This document shows positions 60,299-64,000 of a stretch of 64,000 nt of DNA, one piece after another. A model generated the notes under the pieces. That model searched no databases. It was not told the origin of the DNA and saw only the letters and a program-made list of their open reading frames with translations. Origin of the DNA: Escherichia coli (GTDB taxonomy: Bacteria > Pseudomonadota > Gammaproteobacteria > Enterobacterales > Enterobacteriaceae); assembly GCF_030013595.1 (NCBI RefSeq), contig NZ_CP122768.1; one strand, given 5' to 3'. The stretch's first letter is position 1, and each line of letters opens with the position of its first letter. A program made the translations under genes and the position numbers.

Positions 60299-61942
60299 TT
60301 AGCGAATGTTAATCAGCGCATCAAAAATCGCGTTTGCCGTCTGCAGAACCTGCGCATTCGCGAGGTAATACTGCTGAAAACGTTGCAGATTTCCGTACTC
60401 CTCATCGAGATTGACACCGGAAATCGACTGCTGCTGATTGGAAAGCTGCGTCACCACATTACCTTGCGTGGTGCTACTGGTTTTCAACGTCGCGGTTTTA
60501 TTACCGATATCACTCACTAACGAGGCATAAGCGTCGTTAAAGGATTTCGCACCACCCACCGTTTTACTGTTGCTTTGCAGATCCAGCAGGGCCTGACCGT
60601 TGCGGTTGTCGCTATCACCCGCATCTTCTGCGCTCGCCATGGCGATTTTCGCTTCGTCGGTGATTAATACATCCATGTTGACGATGGCGTCACTTACCGG
60701 TTTCAGCGTGAAGCTGTCGTTAACGGCAGGCGTTCCTGTAAACGTCAACTCCAGACCATCAAATGCCACTTTACCGTTGGCATCCGGCGTCACCGTAAAA
60801 GTGGTATTGCTGGCAAGGCGGGTGACCTGCCACTGATTATTATCGAACGAGATTTTGTAATCTGTCGCCAGTACCGCGGAGGCATCAGTTACCGTTGCAC
60901 CGATCGCAACGTCACCATTGTTTTTCGTGTTTTGCAGTACCGCGGGCTTACCGATAGCAAAGAAATCTTCACCGGCATCGCCGTTAGCATCAAATCCGGC
61001 TTTGTGTTGGGTGTTGAAAGCCTCGGCAAATGCCAGCGCCAGTTGTCCAAGCGTATTACGCGTCTGGTCCAGATCCTGAGAACGGAATGTCAGAATGCCA
61101 CCCAGCGACCCGGTATTCAGTAATTTTTCAGGGATCTCAATATTGCCTGCCGTCCCATCAACATAAGCGACAGTCGTACGAGAAGGGTCGGCGCTGGAAG
61201 GAACTGCCGCAAGTTGCCGCGCCGTACTTCCCTGAACCAGTGAGTAGCCATTGGCCATCGTGATATTATAAGTGCCACCATCCTGAACGCTGACTTCTAC
61301 GCCAACAATCTGGTTTAATTCGCTCACCAGTTGATCGCGTTGATCCAGCAGATTGTTAGGTGACGCCCCTGCCCCCACGCCTGTCAGGCGGGAGATTTGA
61401 TCGTTCAGGCTGGCGATTTGTTTAGCGTAATTGTTGATCTGATCAACGCTGGCACCTATCGCGATATTGACCTGTTTGTCCTGGTCGCGCAGATATTGAT
61501 CGGTGGTTTTAAACTGATTCACCAACCCTTCTGATTTCCCAATCAGCGCCTGGCGCGCTGCCGGGTCTTCCGCGTTACTCACCAGCGTTTGCAGGCTGGT
61601 GAAGAAATCCTGCATCTGTGTTGCCAGCGAAGAGGTACTGGTGGAGAGCATATTGTCGATTTTCGACATCTGCTCATAGCGGGCAGTCAGGCCGCTACTT
61701 TGCGTCTGCGCCGCACGTAACTGGTTGGTAATAAACGCATCATACTCACGCTGCACACCAGAAACGTAGACGCCATTGCCAACCCAGCCGCCAGCGCCCA
61801 ACGTGCTATTGGCCTGCGTCATAATAGTGGTTTGGCGGGTATATCCGGCAACGTTATAGCTGGAGATATTATTACTTGCCGTATTTAACGCCGCCTGGGC
61901 CGCGTTCAGTCCGCTCATGGCGTTATTGATCAAGCTGGACAT
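60299..61942 (-). CDS. flgK: flagellar hook-associated protein 1 FlgK
   Basis: 547-aa ORF recognised as FlgK. Confidence 0.9.
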   Translation of the reverse strand: MSSLINNAMSGLNAAQAALNTASNNISSYNVAGYTRQTTIMTQANSTLGAGGWVGNGVYVSGVQREYDAFITNQLRAAQTQSSGLTARYEQMSKIDNMLSTSTSSLATQMQDFFTSLQTLVSNAEDPAARQALIGKSEGLVNQFKTTDQYLRDQDKQVNIAIGASVDQINNYAKQIASLNDQISRLTGVGAGASPNNLLDQRDQLVSELNQIVGVEVSVQDGGTYNITMANGYSLVQGSTARQLAAVPSSADPSRTTVAYVDGTAGNIEIPEKLLNTGSLGGILTFRSQDLDQTRNTLGQLALAFAEAFNTQHKAGFDANGDAGEDFFAIGKPAVLQNTKNNGDVAIGATVTDASAVLATDYKISFDNNQWQVTRLASNTTFTVTPDANGKVAFDGLELTFTGTPAVNDSFTLKPVSDAIVNMDVLITDEAKIAMASAEDAGDSDNRNGQALLDLQSNSKTVGGAKSFNDAYASLVSDIGNKTATLKTSSTTQGNVVTQLSNQQQSISGVNLDEEYGNLQRFQQYYLANAQVLQTANAIFDALINIR

Positions 61943-62007
61943 GGAGGTTCCTTATAAGCCTTCAATTACAGAGTATTATCGGCAGCGACCCGCCGGACTT
62001 GAGTTAT

Positions 62008-62949
62008 TCAGAACAGATTATCAATGTTCATGCTGTAGGTTTTGCTCACCTTGTCGCTTATCGATTTCATCTGCTGAATCATGTTGGTGAGTTTGCGGGC
62101 ATAGTGAGGATCGGTGGCATAGCCCGCGTCCTGTAGGGCCTGCGCCCCCTGCTCCGCACTCGCGGCGGTCGTCACGGCGGCGTAGCGCGGGTTACGCGTT
62201 AACAGCCCAACGTAATCCGACAATGCTTCCAGATACGAGCTGTAGACCCGAAACTTCGCTTTTACTTTCTTCGCTTCGCCATTTTCATATTCAGTCGTGG
62301 TGATTTCAGTGACTGGCCCTTTCCAGTTGCCAGAGGCTTTGACGCCAAACAGGTTATAGCTCGGCTCGCCGTTTTCACGGCGGATTTGCCGTTGTCCCCA
62401 GCCAGACTCCAGCGCCGCCTGAGCGAGGATCAAATGATGTGGCACACCGCTTTGCTGGCTTGCCAGTTGGGCGGGCAACGAGAGTTGCGCGAGGAATGCT
62501 TTACTGTCACCCGGCAGCGAATCATCGTAGTTACGTGGTACGGCCTTTTGCACCAGCTGCGAAAGCGTCTGATTTTGATAACGCACCACGGTTTCGAGCG
62601 GGAATTTCATCGGTGCTGCTGGCGTGGACTCCTCTGGCAATGGTTGTTCTGGCGTCATCTGTTTAACCATCATCTCTGCCAGCCCCAGACCTTTGCCCGC
62701 CGTCATCTGTTGGGCAATCTGCTGGTCATACATACTGGTATACAGGCGAGTGTGCTCGCTGCTGAACAGGCCATCTTTTGGTAAAGCGTCGCGCATGCTT
62801 TTCAACATCATCTGCACGAACATCCCTTCCACCTGGCGGGCCACCGGACGGATATTTGCCGCCGGATCTTCGCCCGCTTTCGCCTTAAGTTCGTTGAGCG
62901 ATTGTGCATCCCAGGCCGCACTTGCCAGTAGTTTGCTGTCGCTGATCAT
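62008..62949 (-). CDS. flgJ: flagellar peptidoglycan hydrolase FlgJ
   Basis: start set at [10 protein letters not shown] (313 aa); C-terminal glucosaminidase domain. Confidence 0.9.
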   Translation of the reverse strand: MISDSKLLASAAWDAQSLNELKAKAGEDPAANIRPVARQVEGMFVQMMLKSMRDALPKDGLFSSEHTRLYTSMYDQQIAQQMTAGKGLGLAEMMVKQMTPEQPLPEESTPAAPMKFPLETVVRYQNQTLSQLVQKAVPRNYDDSLPGDSKAFLAQLSLPAQLASQQSGVPHHLILAQAALESGWGQRQIRRENGEPSYNLFGVKASGNWKGPVTEITTTEYENGEAKKVKAKFRVYSSYLEALSDYVGLLTRNPRYAAVTTAASAEQGAQALQDAGYATDPHYARKLTNMIQQMKSISDKVSKTYSMNIDNLF

Positions 62950-64000
62950 CAGATGATTTCCAGTTTTGCCCGCAGACATCCCGCACTTTGCATTGATTGC
63001 AGTATGGACATCAGATCCATCGGCGTAGCGCCCAGCGCATTGAGCGCACGCACCACGTTATTGAGGCTGGCGCTGGAACGTACGCTTTGCAGCGAACCGC
63101 CGCTCTGGCGTAAATCGATCTGCGTTTGTGGAGTAACCACAGTCTGCCCACCACCAAACGGTGTATCTGGCTGGCTGACATTGGCCTGGCGATTAACTGT
63201 TACTGAGAGATTCCCCTGCGCTACCGCGCAGCTGTCGAGGGTCACTTCGCGATTCATCACCACCGAACCAGTGCGCGAGTTAATCACTACTTTAGCGTCC
63301 TGCGGGGTGACATTAACCTGCATATTCTGGATATCGGCAAGGAAACGGACCTGGGAACTGTTGCCACTCGGTACGCGCACCTGAATAGTCCGCGCATCTA
63401 ACGCGGTGGCGCTGCCATATCCACGCACACGGTTGATGGTGTCAGCGATTTGCTGCGCCATACTGAAATCTTCGTCGTTAAGTTGCAAATTAAGGGTATT
63501 CCCGACGCCAAACTGGCTGGGCAATTCACGTTCAATAACCGCACCATTGGTGATCCGTCCACCGTTCAGTTGGTTCACCTGAACACTGCTACCGCCAGCG
63601 GAGGCCCCTGCGCCGCCAACCAGAATATTGCCCTGCGCCAGCGCATACACCTGACTGTCAACGCCCTTAAGCGGTGTCATCAATAACGTACCGCCACGCA
63701 GACTTTTGGCATTTCCCATGGAAGAAACCACCACGTCAATGGTTTGCCCCTGACGTCCAAACGGTGGAAGTGACGCTGTCACCATAACCGCAGCGACGTT
63801 TTTTAGCTGCATATTAGTGCCCGTCGGAACGGTAATTCCCAGCTGTGAGAGCATGTTATTAAGCGTTTGTGTGGTAAACGGCGTCTGAGTTGTCTGGTCA
63901 CCTGTACCATCAAGCCCCACCACCAGGCCATAGCCAATCAGTGAGTTTTGCCTTACCCCCTGAACACTGGTGAGATCGCGAATACGCTCAGCCTGAGCAG
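62949..64000 (-). CDS. flgI: flagellar P-ring protein FlgI (5'-truncated by the window end)
   Basis: open frame runs from stop at 62949 to the window edge; recognised as FlgI. Confidence 0.85.

Overview
This window is an Escherichia coli K-12-like chromosomal segment (potC-potD-ymfA-ycfZ / cobB-nagK-lolEDC / ycfT-mfd ... ptsG ... the fab-acpP fatty-acid cluster ... rne ... flgLKJI) preceded by about 16.6 kb of a lambdoid prophage of the Qin/dicA-dicB type. All calls rest on reading the translated ORFs and the DNA by eye and on recall of known protein families and K-12 gene order; no database search or RNA-folding program was run. The prophage enters the window in its late-region leader and runs through a four-gene tRNA array, a Q-like antiterminator, rusA, a nin-like block of small genes with a hok toxin, an O/P replication module with iterons, a dicC/dicA immunity switch, the dicB operon, a large exonuclease, xis and int. 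It ends at a junction inside the 3' end of potB, so potA and the 5' part of potB are not in the window. The most interesting places are all in the prophage: a convergent pair of unknown genes replacing ydfB/ydfC in the dicB operon, a perfect 9-bp x 11 tandem repeat, a hok locus with a coupled 27-aa hydrophobic peptide, an atypical tRNA, a divergent DicF-like sRNA, and an 820-aa exonuclease with a DnaQ-like C-terminus. I found no CRISPR array, no IS element or transposase, and no Shiga-toxin genes. The chromosomal part looks ordinary.
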